The translations under genes were made by a program, and so were the position numbers. Below, piece by piece: positions 10,998 to 20,532 of a DNA stretch of 64,000 nt (position 1 is its first letter; each line of letters opens with the position of its first letter). The notes beneath the pieces are model-generated. The model saw nothing but the letters and a program-made list of their open reading frames with translations, made no database searches and was not told the DNA's origin. This stretch comes from a virus (Duplodnaviria; Caudoviricetes). The DNA lies in the IMG/VR virus record IMGVR_UViG_3300032295_004079, positions 1-64,000 of that record; one strand, given 5' to 3'.

Positions 10998-11410
10998 TAA
11001 CAGTTTTGTTTGGTCAACCCCATTCCGGAAAGTCTACTTTAGCTAATGAGCTAAAAGGACACAATATAGACGGAGACAAATTAAGAGAATTATTTAAAAA
11101 CAAAAACTTCACTCGTGAAGGTCGTATACAAAACCTAAACAGAGCCAGCGATATAGCTCACTACTTAAATAGTACAGGAACAGATGTGGTTTTGTCTTTA
11201 GTATACCCATATAAAGAAGCAAGAGATTACTTAAGAAGTTTGACTAGCGAAGTAAAGTTTGTACATTTAACTTACGAGGTAGATAGAGGTAGAGAACAAT
11301 ATCACGTATCGGATTTTGAATATCCACAAGATGAAGATGTATTGCATTTAAATACCGAATGGTTAGAAATAAACGATTGTATAAAACAAATTTTAGAATA
11401 TGTGGGATAA
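10994..11410 (+). CDS. Adenylyl-sulfate (APS) kinase-like P-loop kinase
   Basis: GQPHSGKST, IDGDKLR, FTREGRIQNL..A and FEYP motifs resemble CysC. Confidence 0.75.
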   Translation: MITVLFGQPHSGKSTLANELKGHNIDGDKLRELFKNKNFTREGRIQNLNRASDIAHYLNSTGTDVVLSLVYPYKEARDYLRSLTSEVKFVHLTYEVDRGREQYHVSDFEYPQDEDVLHLNTEWLEINDCIKQILEYVG

Positions 11411-11798
11411 AAAATTACACGTTAAATCATCATTGACCAAAAAACCCAACCAATGGTCTTTGTTTATAGGCAGATGGCAACCTTTACATGAAGGACACAA
11501 ACAATTGTTCCGTCAAGTAATTGATGAAGGTGGTAAAGTATGTGTTGCTATTAGAGAGGTAGAAATAGACGATAAAAATCCGTTTACCTCTCACGATATA
11601 ATGCTTAATATTGCTAGAGAAATGCAAACCGAAATCCGAGCCGGCAAACTAAAAGTAATCACTATACCAGATATCTGTTCAGTTGAATTTGGTAGAGGAG
11701 TAGGATACGATATAGTAGAACATATCCCACCACAAGAAATAGCTGAAATATCTGCTACTAAAATAAGAGAAGATCTACGTACAAATGGTAAGCTTTAA
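11400..11798 (+). CDS. HxGH nucleotidyltransferase (cytidylyltransferase-like; candidate minimal ATP sulfurylase)
   Basis: GRWQPLHEGH, NPF and ISATKIR motifs. Adjacent to the APS kinase-like gene. Confidence 0.7.
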   Translation: MWDKKLHVKSSLTKKPNQWSLFIGRWQPLHEGHKQLFRQVIDEGGKVCVAIREVEIDDKNPFTSHDIMLNIAREMQTEIRAGKLKVITIPDICSVEFGRGVGYDIVEHIPPQEIAEISATKIREDLRTNGKL

Positions 11799-11994
11799 AA
11801 GACACATAGCTAAAACAGTATCTTATAGAATAATAAGTACAGGTATTGGGTTTGCTACAATGTGGGCAGTTACAGGTTCTATTAAAATGGGAGCCGCTTT
11901 TAGCATTGTAGAGTTACTCTGGAAACCCATCCAATACTACATACACGAAAGAGTATGGTACAAATGGGTTAAATATGGAATAAAGAATGAATAA
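11785..11994 (+). CDS. DUF2061-like small membrane protein
   Basis: RHIAKTVSYR...YYIHERVW pattern. Confidence 0.75.
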   Translation: MVSFKRHIAKTVSYRIISTGIGFATMWAVTGSIKMGAAFSIVELLWKPIQYYIHERVWYKWVKYGIKNE

Positions 11995-12038
11995 CCTTAT
12001 ATATTTATAATCACACAAAATTAAATTACAAATTATTT

Positions 12039-12299
12039 ATGCAAACCACAGAAAAAATTCAATTAACTCCTGAGGAGTTATCCAAACTACAAGAAGGAAA
12101 CAACAAAGTAGCAGACATTGTAGCATCCTTAGGTCAAATTGAGATACAAATGTCTCTTCTACAAAAAAACAAAGAGTCTTTATTGGCTACTTTTGCTCAA
12201 ACTCAACAAGATCAAAACCAATTAGGCGCAGAATTGACCCAAAAGTATGGGGATGGTGTAATAGATATCTCTTCCGGAGAGTTCACTAAGGCAGAATAG
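12039..12299 (+). CDS. Hypothetical coiled-coil protein
   Basis: Heptad-rich, ends KYGDGVIDISSGEF. Preceded by ATATTTATAA at 12001. Confidence 0.6.
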   Translation: MQTTEKIQLTPEELSKLQEGNNKVADIVASLGQIEIQMSLLQKNKESLLATFAQTQQDQNQLGAELTQKYGDGVIDISSGEFTKAE

Positions 12300-12355
12300 T
12301 TTTTTAAAAGGGTTTCTCATATTTATAACAAAACAATATAAAATAACTTAATAAA

Positions 12356-14080
12356 ATGGCAGAAACTCTATTATCTCCCGGTGTATTAGCAAGAGAGAAC
12401 GATCAATCTTTTATACAAGGACAGCCACTTGAAAGAGGAGCAGCTATAATTGGACCTGCAGTAAAAGGACCAGTTGAAATCCCAACATTAGTAGGTTCGT
12501 TCAGCGAATATACTGCTATATTTGGTGGAGCTGTTGAAAGTGGATCTAACGTATATTCTTACCTTACTTCAATTGCAGCTAACAACTATTTCCAAAATGG
12601 TGGTACTTCTTTATTAGTGACTAGAGTAGTCTCTGGTTCTTTCACCTCCGCAACTAGCTCATTGATGCCAACAGGATCAGGTGGGCCAACCAGTGGTTTA
12701 TCTCCATTTGTACTTGAAACAATTTCTGAAGGTATTATCATGAATAGTACTAGTACTGAAATTTCAGGTTCCTTACCTTCAGGTTCAAGCGATAACGTTA
12801 GATGGGAAATCCCAACTGTTAACACTGCTTCTGGAACATTCAGTTTATTAATCAGAAGAGGTGATGACAATAACGTACAAAAAATAGTACTTGAATCTTA
12901 CAATAACTTATCACTAGATCCATATGCTTCTAATTACATTTCTAAAGTAATAGGTGATGTGAATTTCAACTTAGTTAGTGATAGTGGTGATTATTTTATC
13001 CAACAATCTGGTTCTTATTCTAACATTTCCAAATATGTAAGAGTAAAGCAAGTAAACTTCAATACACCAAAATACTTTGATAACAACGGTAATGCAAAAC
13101 CTGCTTTCACAGGATCTCTACCAGCTGTAAGTTCAGGTTCATTTGGTTCTGCCGTTGGGTCTAACATACCCGCAGGTAGAGCAGCTAACTTCTATGAAAG
13201 CATTAATGCCACGGATAGCCAAGGATTATCAGGATCTAACTACAATAACGCAATTGCATTATTATCAAATGTAGATGAGTACAAATATAATGTAATATCT
13301 ATTCCTGGTCTATTAGCTTCAACCCACGCTACTCAAACCACAGCTTTAGTAAATAATACAATTGGAAGAGGTGATGCTATTGCAATTATAGACTTGGTAG
13401 GATATAACTCACAAGTAAACGCAGTAATAAACCAAGCATCTGGATTTGATTCTAGCTATGCTGCTACATACTGGCCTTGGTTACAAACTATCGATCCTAA
13501 TACAGGTGAGGCAGTTTGGGTACCAGCTTCTACAATGATCCCAGGTGTATATGCATTTACTGATGCTTCAAGTGATCCATGGTTTGCTCCCGCAGGTATT
13601 ACTCGTGGTGCATTGGGCCAAGTAATTAGAGCTGAAAGAAAATTAACCGCTGGAAATAGAGATGATATATATGAGGCAAATGTTAACCCAATTGCTACAT
13701 TCCCTGGAAGTGGAGTAACAGTATTTGGCCAAAAAACACTTCAGAAACGTGCTTCTGCACTTGATAGAGTAAACGTACGAAGATTGTTAATTGCTCTTAA
13801 GGGCTTTATCGGTCAAGTAGCAGAAGGATTAGTATTTGAACAAAATACAGCCGCTACTAGAAATAACTTCTTAAGCCAAGTAAATCCATACTTAGAATCT
13901 GTACAACAAAGACAAGGTTTATATGCATTTAAAGTAGTAATGGATGAAACTAACAACACACCTGATGTAGTAGATAGAAACGAGCTAGTAGGTCAAATAT
14001 TCCTACAACCAACTCGTACTGCTGAATTCATTGTGTTGGATTTCAACGTGTTGCCAACTGGTGCAGTTTTCCCTGCATAA
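12356..14080 (+). CDS. Contractile tail sheath protein
   Basis: SPGV..RE N-terminus, PWFAPAG..RG, VNPI, GQKT, RVNVRRL and FEQN motifs. Confidence 0.95.
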   Translation: MAETLLSPGVLARENDQSFIQGQPLERGAAIIGPAVKGPVEIPTLVGSFSEYTAIFGGAVESGSNVYSYLTSIAANNYFQNGGTSLLVTRVVSGSFTSATSSLMPTGSGGPTSGLSPFVLETISEGIIMNSTSTEISGSLPSGSSDNVRWEIPTVNTASGTFSLLIRRGDDNNVQKIVLESYNNLSLDPYASNYISKVIGDVNFNLVSDSGDYFIQQSGSYSNISKYVRVKQVNFNTPKYFDNNGNAKPAFTGSLPAVSSGSFGSAVGSNIPAGRAANFYESINATDSQGLSGSNYNNAIALLSNVDEYKYNVISIPGLLASTHATQTTALVNNTIGRGDAIAIIDLVGYNSQVNAVINQASGFDSSYAATYWPWLQTIDPNTGEAVWVPASTMIPGVYAFTDASSDPWFAPAGITRGALGQVIRAERKLTAGNRDDIYEANVNPIATFPGSGVTVFGQKTLQKRASALDRVNVRRLLIALKGFIGQVAEGLVFEQNTAATRNNFLSQVNPYLESVQQRQGLYAFKVVMDETNNTPDVVDRNELVGQIFLQPTRTAEFIVLDFNVLPTGAVFPA

Positions 14081-14125
14081 GGAGTTAAAATTTAGATATT
14101 TATAATAAAATAAAGCACATATAAA

Positions 14126-14614
14126 ATGGCAGTATTAGATCCAAACGAAATATTCTTCACAGCTTTTGAACCAAAGCAGGCGAATAGATTTATAATGTAT
14201 ATAGATGGAATCCCCTCCTATACCGTAAAAGGTATGGGAGCGGTAACATTAACTCAAGGAACAGTAGCTCTTAACCATATCAACGTACAACGTTTTGTTA
14301 AAGGCAAATCTACTTGGGGACAAATTCAATTTACCCTATTTGATCCAATCACTCCTTCTGGAGCACAATCTGTGATGGAATGGGTTAGATTGCACCACGA
14401 ATCTGTAACTGGTAGAGATGGATACTCTGATTTCTACAAGAAAGATTTAACATTCAACGTATTAGGCCCAGTTGGAGATGTAGTATCTGAGTGGATTATC
14501 AAGGGTGCTTTGATTGTTGAAGCTAATTTTGGTGATTATGGTTGGGATACAGAAAATACAGCCATTAACTTAACAATGACTGTTCAGCCAGATTACTGTG
14601 TATTGAACTTCTAA
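14126..14614 (+). CDS. Tail tube protein (T4 gp19-like)
   Basis: 162 aa directly after the sheath. FEPKQANRF, KGK..W and YKKD motifs. Confidence 0.85.
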   Translation: MAVLDPNEIFFTAFEPKQANRFIMYIDGIPSYTVKGMGAVTLTQGTVALNHINVQRFVKGKSTWGQIQFTLFDPITPSGAQSVMEWVRLHHESVTGRDGYSDFYKKDLTFNVLGPVGDVVSEWIIKGALIVEANFGDYGWDTENTAINLTMTVQPDYCVLNF

Positions 14615-14638
14615 TTAAATTTTTTATATAAATTTTTT

Positions 14639-14668
14639 AACCTACCCCATATCGGGGTAGGTTTTTTT
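14639..14668 (+). terminator. Intrinsic terminator after the tail tube gene
   Basis: AACCTACCCC-atatc-GGGGTAGGTT followed by a T run. Confidence 0.85.
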
Positions 14669-14755
14669 ATATATTAAAAAAATAGTTTGGATTCGTAAAA
14701 ATTTTTTATTACCTTCATATTTATCATAGAACAAAAGTTATTTTAAAACAAGTAT

Positions 14756-15484
14756 ATGGCCGAATTTAAGTTACCTACCGAAACAATTGAATTACCCTCC
14801 AAAGGCTTATTGTATCCTTCCGACAGTCCACTTGCTAGTGGTACTATTGAAATGAAATACATGACCGCTAAAGAAGAGGATATCTTAACCAACCAATCTT
14901 ATATTCAAAACGGAACAGTATTGGACAAATTGCTCCAATCCCTAATCGTTACTAAAGTTAGTTACGATGATTTGCTAATTGGAGACAAAAACGCAATTAT
15001 GATTGCTGCCCGTATTCTAGGATATGGTAAAGATTACAAATTCATGTATCGTGGAGAAGAAGAAACAGTTGATTTAACTCAAATAGAAAATGCTCCATTA
15101 CACGAGGAGGTACAAAAAGCTAAATCTAACGAATTTGCTTTTACACTTCCAGGTTCAGGCAACGTGGTTACTTTTAAACTATTAACTCATGGTGATGAGA
15201 AAAAAATAGAGCAGGAAATGAAGGGTTTAAGTAAAATAAACAAAAACAATTCCTCTACCATTACCACCAGATTAAAACACCAAATTCTTTCCGTTAACGG
15301 GGAAACAGAAAAACCCAAAATTCGAGAATTTGTAGATAATTACCTCTTAGCTCAAGATTCAAGAGCATTAAGAGAAAGAATAAAAGAATTAAGTCCGGAT
15401 GTAGATTTAACTTTTTTTCCCGAAAATGGGGACAACCGAGTCGACATTCCAATTGGACTTAACTTTTTTTGGCCTGACCTCTAA
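14756..15484 (+). CDS. Tail assembly chaperone / baseplate hub assembly (gp26-like) protein
   Basis: IELPSKG..Y and MTAKEEDIL motifs, ends FFWPDL. Lies between tube and tape measure genes. Confidence 0.7.
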   Translation: MAEFKLPTETIELPSKGLLYPSDSPLASGTIEMKYMTAKEEDILTNQSYIQNGTVLDKLLQSLIVTKVSYDDLLIGDKNAIMIAARILGYGKDYKFMYRGEEETVDLTQIENAPLHEEVQKAKSNEFAFTLPGSGNVVTFKLLTHGDEKKIEQEMKGLSKINKNNSSTITTRLKHQILSVNGETEKPKIREFVDNYLLAQDSRALRERIKELSPDVDLTFFPENGDNRVDIPIGLNFFWPDL

Positions 15485-15764
15485 TACAGCGCCTGAATTT
15501 CGATTAACAGTATTTAAACAGATTCATGAAATCGTATTCCACGGACAAGGTGGATACGATTGGAATACTGTTTACAATATGCCGTTATGGCTCCGTAAAT
15601 ATACGTTTAATGAAATTCGCACATACTATGAACAGCAAAGTGAGACCATTAAAAAACAACAGTCATCTAACGCTAAAAGCCTAGTTAGTCCTGATGGTAC
15701 GGTAAATACTCCTGAATTCATGAAAGTATCCAAAGAATATAAAGGTAAAACAAACTATAAATAA
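15426..15764 (+). CDS. Overlapping ORF, probable frameshift extension of the tail chaperone
   Basis: Overlaps the upstream gene across a T7 run (15464-15470). Frame is open from 15411. Confidence 0.6.
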   Translation: MGTTESTFQLDLTFFGLTSNTAPEFRLTVFKQIHEIVFHGQGGYDWNTVYNMPLWLRKYTFNEIRTYYEQQSETIKKQQSSNAKSLVSPDGTVNTPEFMKVSKEYKGKTNYK

Positions 15765-15794
15765 TCATATTTATAACATATACCTTAATAATAT

Positions 15795-17915
15795 ATGTCT
15801 ACCCAGCAAGAATTAGAATACCAAAGAAGACTCAGGGAAGAAATAGAAGAAACCTTATTTCTCCAACGTAGTTTTACAGATGAAGCATTAAGAGCAGCTA
15901 GAGCCGTATTAGGTACAAGTGAAAATGCCACAAGAACTTCTCAAGCTTTTAGACAAGTTTCAAATTTAACAACTCGTATTGCCAACGAGATGAAAGATGT
16001 AGTTCAGGGAAATAGAAATATAGAAACCCTCCAAAGAGCTCAGCAAAAACGTTTAGAAGCTATAAACAAACTATCTACAGAATTTAACCTTACAGCTGGT
16101 CAAATATTTAATACTAACCAAAGTATAGCTAACTTATTGACCGAACAAGTTAGTGCCCAAGAAAAACAACAAAGAATATATGATGTTCTTAATGACCAAA
16201 CCCTCACTTTAAGTGATGAAGAAAGAACTCTTCTTGATTTATACGCTAATCAATATGAAACTTTAGCGAAACAAGAAGAAGAAATGAAAAAAATCCAACA
16301 ACAAGCCGAGGAAATGAAAAAAGTTACTGGTGGGATGTTTGGAATAGCTGAAGGAGCAGATGAGATATTAAAAAAATTAGGTGGAAATAAATTTAGTGAA
16401 GCTTTAGGTATTAATGATGCTATTGGTAAAAGTAAAGAATATGCCCAATCTTTGTTAGATGCAAATGGAGGGGTTGCTCAAGCCGGAGATAAATTTAAGG
16501 TTATGGGTAACTTAGTTGGAAATTTAGGTAAAAATCTATTTAAATCCCTTAGTCCATTAGCAGCAATAACAATGTTTGTTCAAGCTTTAGGACAAGCAGA
16601 TAAAGAAACTACCGAACTTCAAAAATCCATGGCTTTGACCAAAACCGAAGCTGTAGGAGTTAGAATGGGCTTAACAGAAGCTGCCAACCAATCAGGTAAT
16701 ATAAACATAACTGCTACTAAATTATTAAAGACATTTGGTGACTTAAATAAACAATTTGGTTTTATAACTAATTTCTCTAATGATACTTTGGTTACAATGA
16801 CTAAATTAACTGAAGTAGTAGGAGTTAGTTCTACATCTGCAGGAAATTTAGCTGCTGCTTCCGAAGTTACAGGAACAAGTTTTGAATCTAACTATAAAGA
16901 TGTACTAGCTACAAGCTATGAGCTCCAAAGACAATCTGGGGTTCAAATGGATTTAAGAGATATTGTAGAACAAACTGGTAAAGTAACAGGTACTGTTAGA
17001 GCTAATTTAGGTGCTAATCCTTCATTAATATCTGCAGCAGTTACACAAGCTAAATTATTTGGTGCTTCTTTAGAACAAGTAGCAAATGCCGGAAAACAGA
17101 TGCTTGATTTTGAATCTTCTATTACCGCTGAACTAGAAGCAGAGTTGTTATTAGGTAGAGACATAAATCTTGAAAGAGCAAGAGCAGCAGCTTTAGCAGG
17201 TGATCAAGTTACATTAGCACAAGAATTACAAAAAGAAGCTGGTAACTTCTCCGATTTTACCAAAATGAATGTTATCCAGCAAGAAGCATTAGCTAAAGCT
17301 ATGGGAATGACCTCAGACCAACTAGCTGATATTTTGTTTCAACAAGAAGTACAAGGTAAATCTGCTAAAGAATTACGAGCATTAGGTAAAGATGAATTAG
17401 CCGATAGATTAGAAGCTCAAGATCTTCAAACTAAATTTAATGCTACTGTAGAAAAATTAAAAGCTATTTTCGTAGATGTAGCTACAGCATTAACTCCTAT
17501 ATTAAGTGTATTAGGAGATGTTTTTAGCATAGTAGGGAAAATATTTGAATTTTTAAGCCCTATAATGGGAACCTTAACAGGTATTGCAACTGGATTTGCA
17601 GTTGGTAATGTTCCGGGTGCTATAATAGGAGGTATTTTAGGAGCAACTGGAGATATTAGTAAAGCTACCTCAACCGCTGATGATGCTGTAATACCTGCAG
17701 GTTATGGTAATACTGTAATTAAGAAAGGTAAAGATACTATAGCATTAAACAACAGCGATACAGTTGTGGCAGGTACAAATTTAGGAGGTGGAAACCAAGA
17801 AGCAAAACGCACCAACCAATTACTAGAAAGATTACTAAACCAACCTGCAGTATTTAAAATTGGAACAGATGAATTCTATACAGCTACCTCAAAATATAGC
17901 TATCAAGTTCAATAA
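15795..17915 (+). CDS. Tape measure protein
   Basis: Ala/Gln/Leu-rich helical 706-aa protein with Gly-rich hydrophobic segments, in the canonical position. Confidence 0.8.
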   Translation: MSTQQELEYQRRLREEIEETLFLQRSFTDEALRAARAVLGTSENATRTSQAFRQVSNLTTRIANEMKDVVQGNRNIETLQRAQQKRLEAINKLSTEFNLTAGQIFNTNQSIANLLTEQVSAQEKQQRIYDVLNDQTLTLSDEERTLLDLYANQYETLAKQEEEMKKIQQQAEEMKKVTGGMFGIAEGADEILKKLGGNKFSEALGINDAIGKSKEYAQSLLDANGGVAQAGDKFKVMGNLVGNLGKNLFKSLSPLAAITMFVQALGQADKETTELQKSMALTKTEAVGVRMGLTEAANQSGNINITATKLLKTFGDLNKQFGFITNFSNDTLVTMTKLTEVVGVSSTSAGNLAAASEVTGTSFESNYKDVLATSYELQRQSGVQMDLRDIVEQTGKVTGTVRANLGANPSLISAAVTQAKLFGASLEQVANAGKQMLDFESSITAELEAELLLGRDINLERARAAALAGDQVTLAQELQKEAGNFSDFTKMNVIQQEALAKAMGMTSDQLADILFQQEVQGKSAKELRALGKDELADRLEAQDLQTKFNATVEKLKAIFVDVATALTPILSVLGDVFSIVGKIFEFLSPIMGTLTGIATGFAVGNVPGAIIGGILGATGDISKATSTADDAVIPAGYGNTVIKKGKDTIALNNSDTVVAGTNLGGGNQEAKRTNQLLERLLNQPAVFKIGTDEFYTATSKYSYQVQ

Positions 17916-17951
17916 TATTTAATATTTATAATAAATTAAACCTCACACACA

Positions 17952-18131
17952 ATGGCATTATTAGATAAATTACAAAAAGACGGTACAGTATTAACCCCTT
18001 TAAGAGGTACTAGACCAACAGCCACTCTAGTAAAAGATGTAATTCAAGTAAATAACACATTCTCTAAAGGACAATATCAGAATTACGTTGTTAACACTTC
18101 TAGAGCTCAGGATCTTACAGGTAACAAGTAA
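17952..18131 (+). CDS. Small hypothetical protein (59 aa, below the ORF-track cutoff)
   Basis: ATG 17952 to TAA 18131 (MALLDKLQKDG...). Preceded by ATATTTATAA at 17922. Confidence 0.65.
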   Translation: MALLDKLQKDGTVLTPLRGTRPTATLVKDVIQVNNTFSKGQYQNYVVNTSRAQDLTGNK

Positions 18132-18137
18132 TATTAA

Positions 18138-20204
18138 ATGGCGTTAATAAGCCGAAATACAGACCTAAAATCTTTACGGTACGGAAAGGATCGAGTAGGT
18201 GGTGGGAACAGTAATCAACCTTACATCAAATCCCCTATCCCCGAAAATAGAAACCAACTAGACCGTAGTGGGGGAATTGACTTTCTCTTACGTGGTGGAA
18301 CGTTAACCCCTTCTAGGGCTGCTGAGGATGTATCTAGGTTAACTAAAATGTTTTTTGACTTTAAGTCCCCGAACGGGGTACTTTTTACTGCCAAGCAAAA
18401 TTTATTATCTAGAACAGGTGTAAAAACACAAGCTAGTGGAATTTTAAATGAAGGTGCTTATTTACCCACCTCTACTATTTTGCAAGCTGGTGGAAATGCT
18501 TTTGGACTTCATTTAAATAAACAAGGTATAAATCCATTTAGAAATACCTCCCCCGATAATGGTACAGGTAATCTATTTGGGTTAAGAGATCCTTTAGGGT
18601 TAAATGTATATGCCCAAGTTATAAAAAATACTCAAGATAAAAAAGATAATAGATTAGTTCAACTAGCAAACAGAAAACTTAATGTATCTGTTAATGATAC
18701 TACTGCTCCAACATCTTTTTCACCTTTGGGGGCAATTATAGGTGTAGTTTCTAATATTTTATCTACTTCTCCACAAATTTCTTCCAACCCTAATGAAATT
18801 TTAAATTATGGAGGTGGACCTGGATCTATTTTAGGTGTAGGGAAAACATCTATAAAAAGATATAGTTTTACAGATGAAGGGAAAACTAAAGCTGCTACTG
18901 CTCCTAAATCCACAAAAAATGCATACGGTAAAACATTTTTCCCAACTATAACTCCTACACAAACTAGTAAAGATGGAGTATTTACTTTAAGAAATTCATA
19001 TTTGTATACTAATACAAATGATGGATTAAATTTTGACAAAGTAGGAAACAGTATTTTTAAAGGAAGATATTATGTTTTAGATGCTAAAACTATATTTAAT
19101 AAAACCACTTCCAAAAATGATACCCAAATATCAGATTTTAGAGAAGCTATTCCTGCTTCTCAAGTTTTCTCTGGAGGAAAACAAAATATATTATCTAATG
19201 CCCCAGATTATAGAACTAAAAATATTGAAAATAGGGTTAATTTAGGAGATCCTGGTAAAAGAAATAAAAATGTCTCTAGCTATACTAATGGGTTAACTCG
19301 ACCTGATGGAACAAAATATGGTGCTTTAGATTCAATTACGGCCATGCCCTTGTATCAATCAGATAAAGGAAATCATGGTGGAAAAAGAAACGATCTAGTT
19401 AAGTTTAGTATAGGCATTATAGATAATGACTCTCCTAGTAATAGAACATACATCCATTTCCGTGCATTTTTAGATTCAATGGATGATCAATACACTGCAG
19501 AATGGAATCCTTTTAAATACATGGGTAGAGGTGAAAACTTCTACAGATATAATGGATTTACACGTAACATAAATTTAAGTTGGACAGTAGCAGCTCAATC
19601 TAAAGAAGAATTGATACCAATGTATCAAAAATTAAACTTCTTAGCCTCATCCTTAACTCCAGATTTTTCAGCAAATGGTTACATGAGAGGTAACTTAGCT
19701 GTGCTTACAGTTGGAGGGTATTTATTTGAACAACCTGGTATAATAACAAATATAAACTATTCAGTCCCTACTGAATCTCCATGGGAAATTGGAATAAGTG
19801 ATACTGCAGGATTTGATAATACTGTTAAAGAATTACCTCATATTATTAGAGTAACAGGATTTAACTTTATACCAATTCATACATTTGTGCCTAAACTCCA
19901 GAAAAATACTTATGAAGGATTTTATGGAGATACTAATGGAGGAATAGATAAAGCAATTAGTGGATTTGGAAAAGAAAGATTTATAGCTTTATCTAAAGAT
20001 ACTTCTCTCGAAGCAGATACTACAAACTATAATCAACCTAATGACTATACTTTTGGAGGCCCTAACACTTCAGCTAGACGTCAAGCATCACAAGATCTAG
20101 TACAGGCGAATATACTTAAAAAAATATCTAATAAAGATCGTACCCCTTCCTTTTCTATAGGCTCAAATACCCCAGAATCCCCAATTTTACCATCAAGGCC
20201 CTAA
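18138..20204 (+). CDS. Putative baseplate / tail-tube initiator-like protein
   Basis: FRAFLDS..D.Y.AEW...Y.GRGE.FY.Y.GF.R domain. Position after the tape measure. Confidence 0.55.
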   Translation: MALISRNTDLKSLRYGKDRVGGGNSNQPYIKSPIPENRNQLDRSGGIDFLLRGGTLTPSRAAEDVSRLTKMFFDFKSPNGVLFTAKQNLLSRTGVKTQASGILNEGAYLPTSTILQAGGNAFGLHLNKQGINPFRNTSPDNGTGNLFGLRDPLGLNVYAQVIKNTQDKKDNRLVQLANRKLNVSVNDTTAPTSFSPLGAIIGVVSNILSTSPQISSNPNEILNYGGGPGSILGVGKTSIKRYSFTDEGKTKAATAPKSTKNAYGKTFFPTITPTQTSKDGVFTLRNSYLYTNTNDGLNFDKVGNSIFKGRYYVLDAKTIFNKTTSKNDTQISDFREAIPASQVFSGGKQNILSNAPDYRTKNIENRVNLGDPGKRNKNVSSYTNGLTRPDGTKYGALDSITAMPLYQSDKGNHGGKRNDLVKFSIGIIDNDSPSNRTYIHFRAFLDSMDDQYTAEWNPFKYMGRGENFYRYNGFTRNINLSWTVAAQSKEELIPMYQKLNFLASSLTPDFSANGYMRGNLAVLTVGGYLFEQPGIITNINYSVPTESPWEIGISDTAGFDNTVKELPHIIRVTGFNFIPIHTFVPKLQKNTYEGFYGDTNGGIDKAISGFGKERFIALSKDTSLEADTTNYNQPNDYTFGGPNTSARRQASQDLVQANILKKISNKDRTPSFSIGSNTPESPILPSRP

Positions 20205-20225
20205 ATCTTTTCATAAAAACATAAT

Positions 20226-20528
20226 ATGAATCGTTACAAAAATATACCTATATTTAAAAACCAAACCGGAAAACGATATTATGGTACAACCAAATATCCT
20301 GATATTCCTTTGGATTTTAATGACATTTATGTATATTCAACTGTAGGTGATAGATTTGATTTATTAGCACTTCAATACTATAGTGATTCTACTTTATGGT
20401 GGGTAATTTCAATAGCAAATGTTAACTTAACACAAGGTTCATATTACATACCTGAAGGATCCCAAATTAGAATACCGGCTAATATAAGCAGAATTATGGC
20501 TCAATACGATGCATTAAACCAAATTTAA
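20226..20528 (+). CDS. LysM-like baseplate wedge protein (gp53/tail X-like)
   Basis: GDRFDLLA..YY.D..LWWVI..AN...G.QIRIP pattern. Confidence 0.75.
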   Translation: MNRYKNIPIFKNQTGKRYYGTTKYPDIPLDFNDIYVYSTVGDRFDLLALQYYSDSTLWWVISIANVNLTQGSYYIPEGSQIRIPANISRIMAQYDALNQI

Positions 20529-20532
20529 AGTT

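Noticed and set aside
1-12000. Diversity-generating retroelement acting on the fibre
   Set aside because: No reverse transcriptase and no template/variable repeat pair with adenine-specific differences seen.
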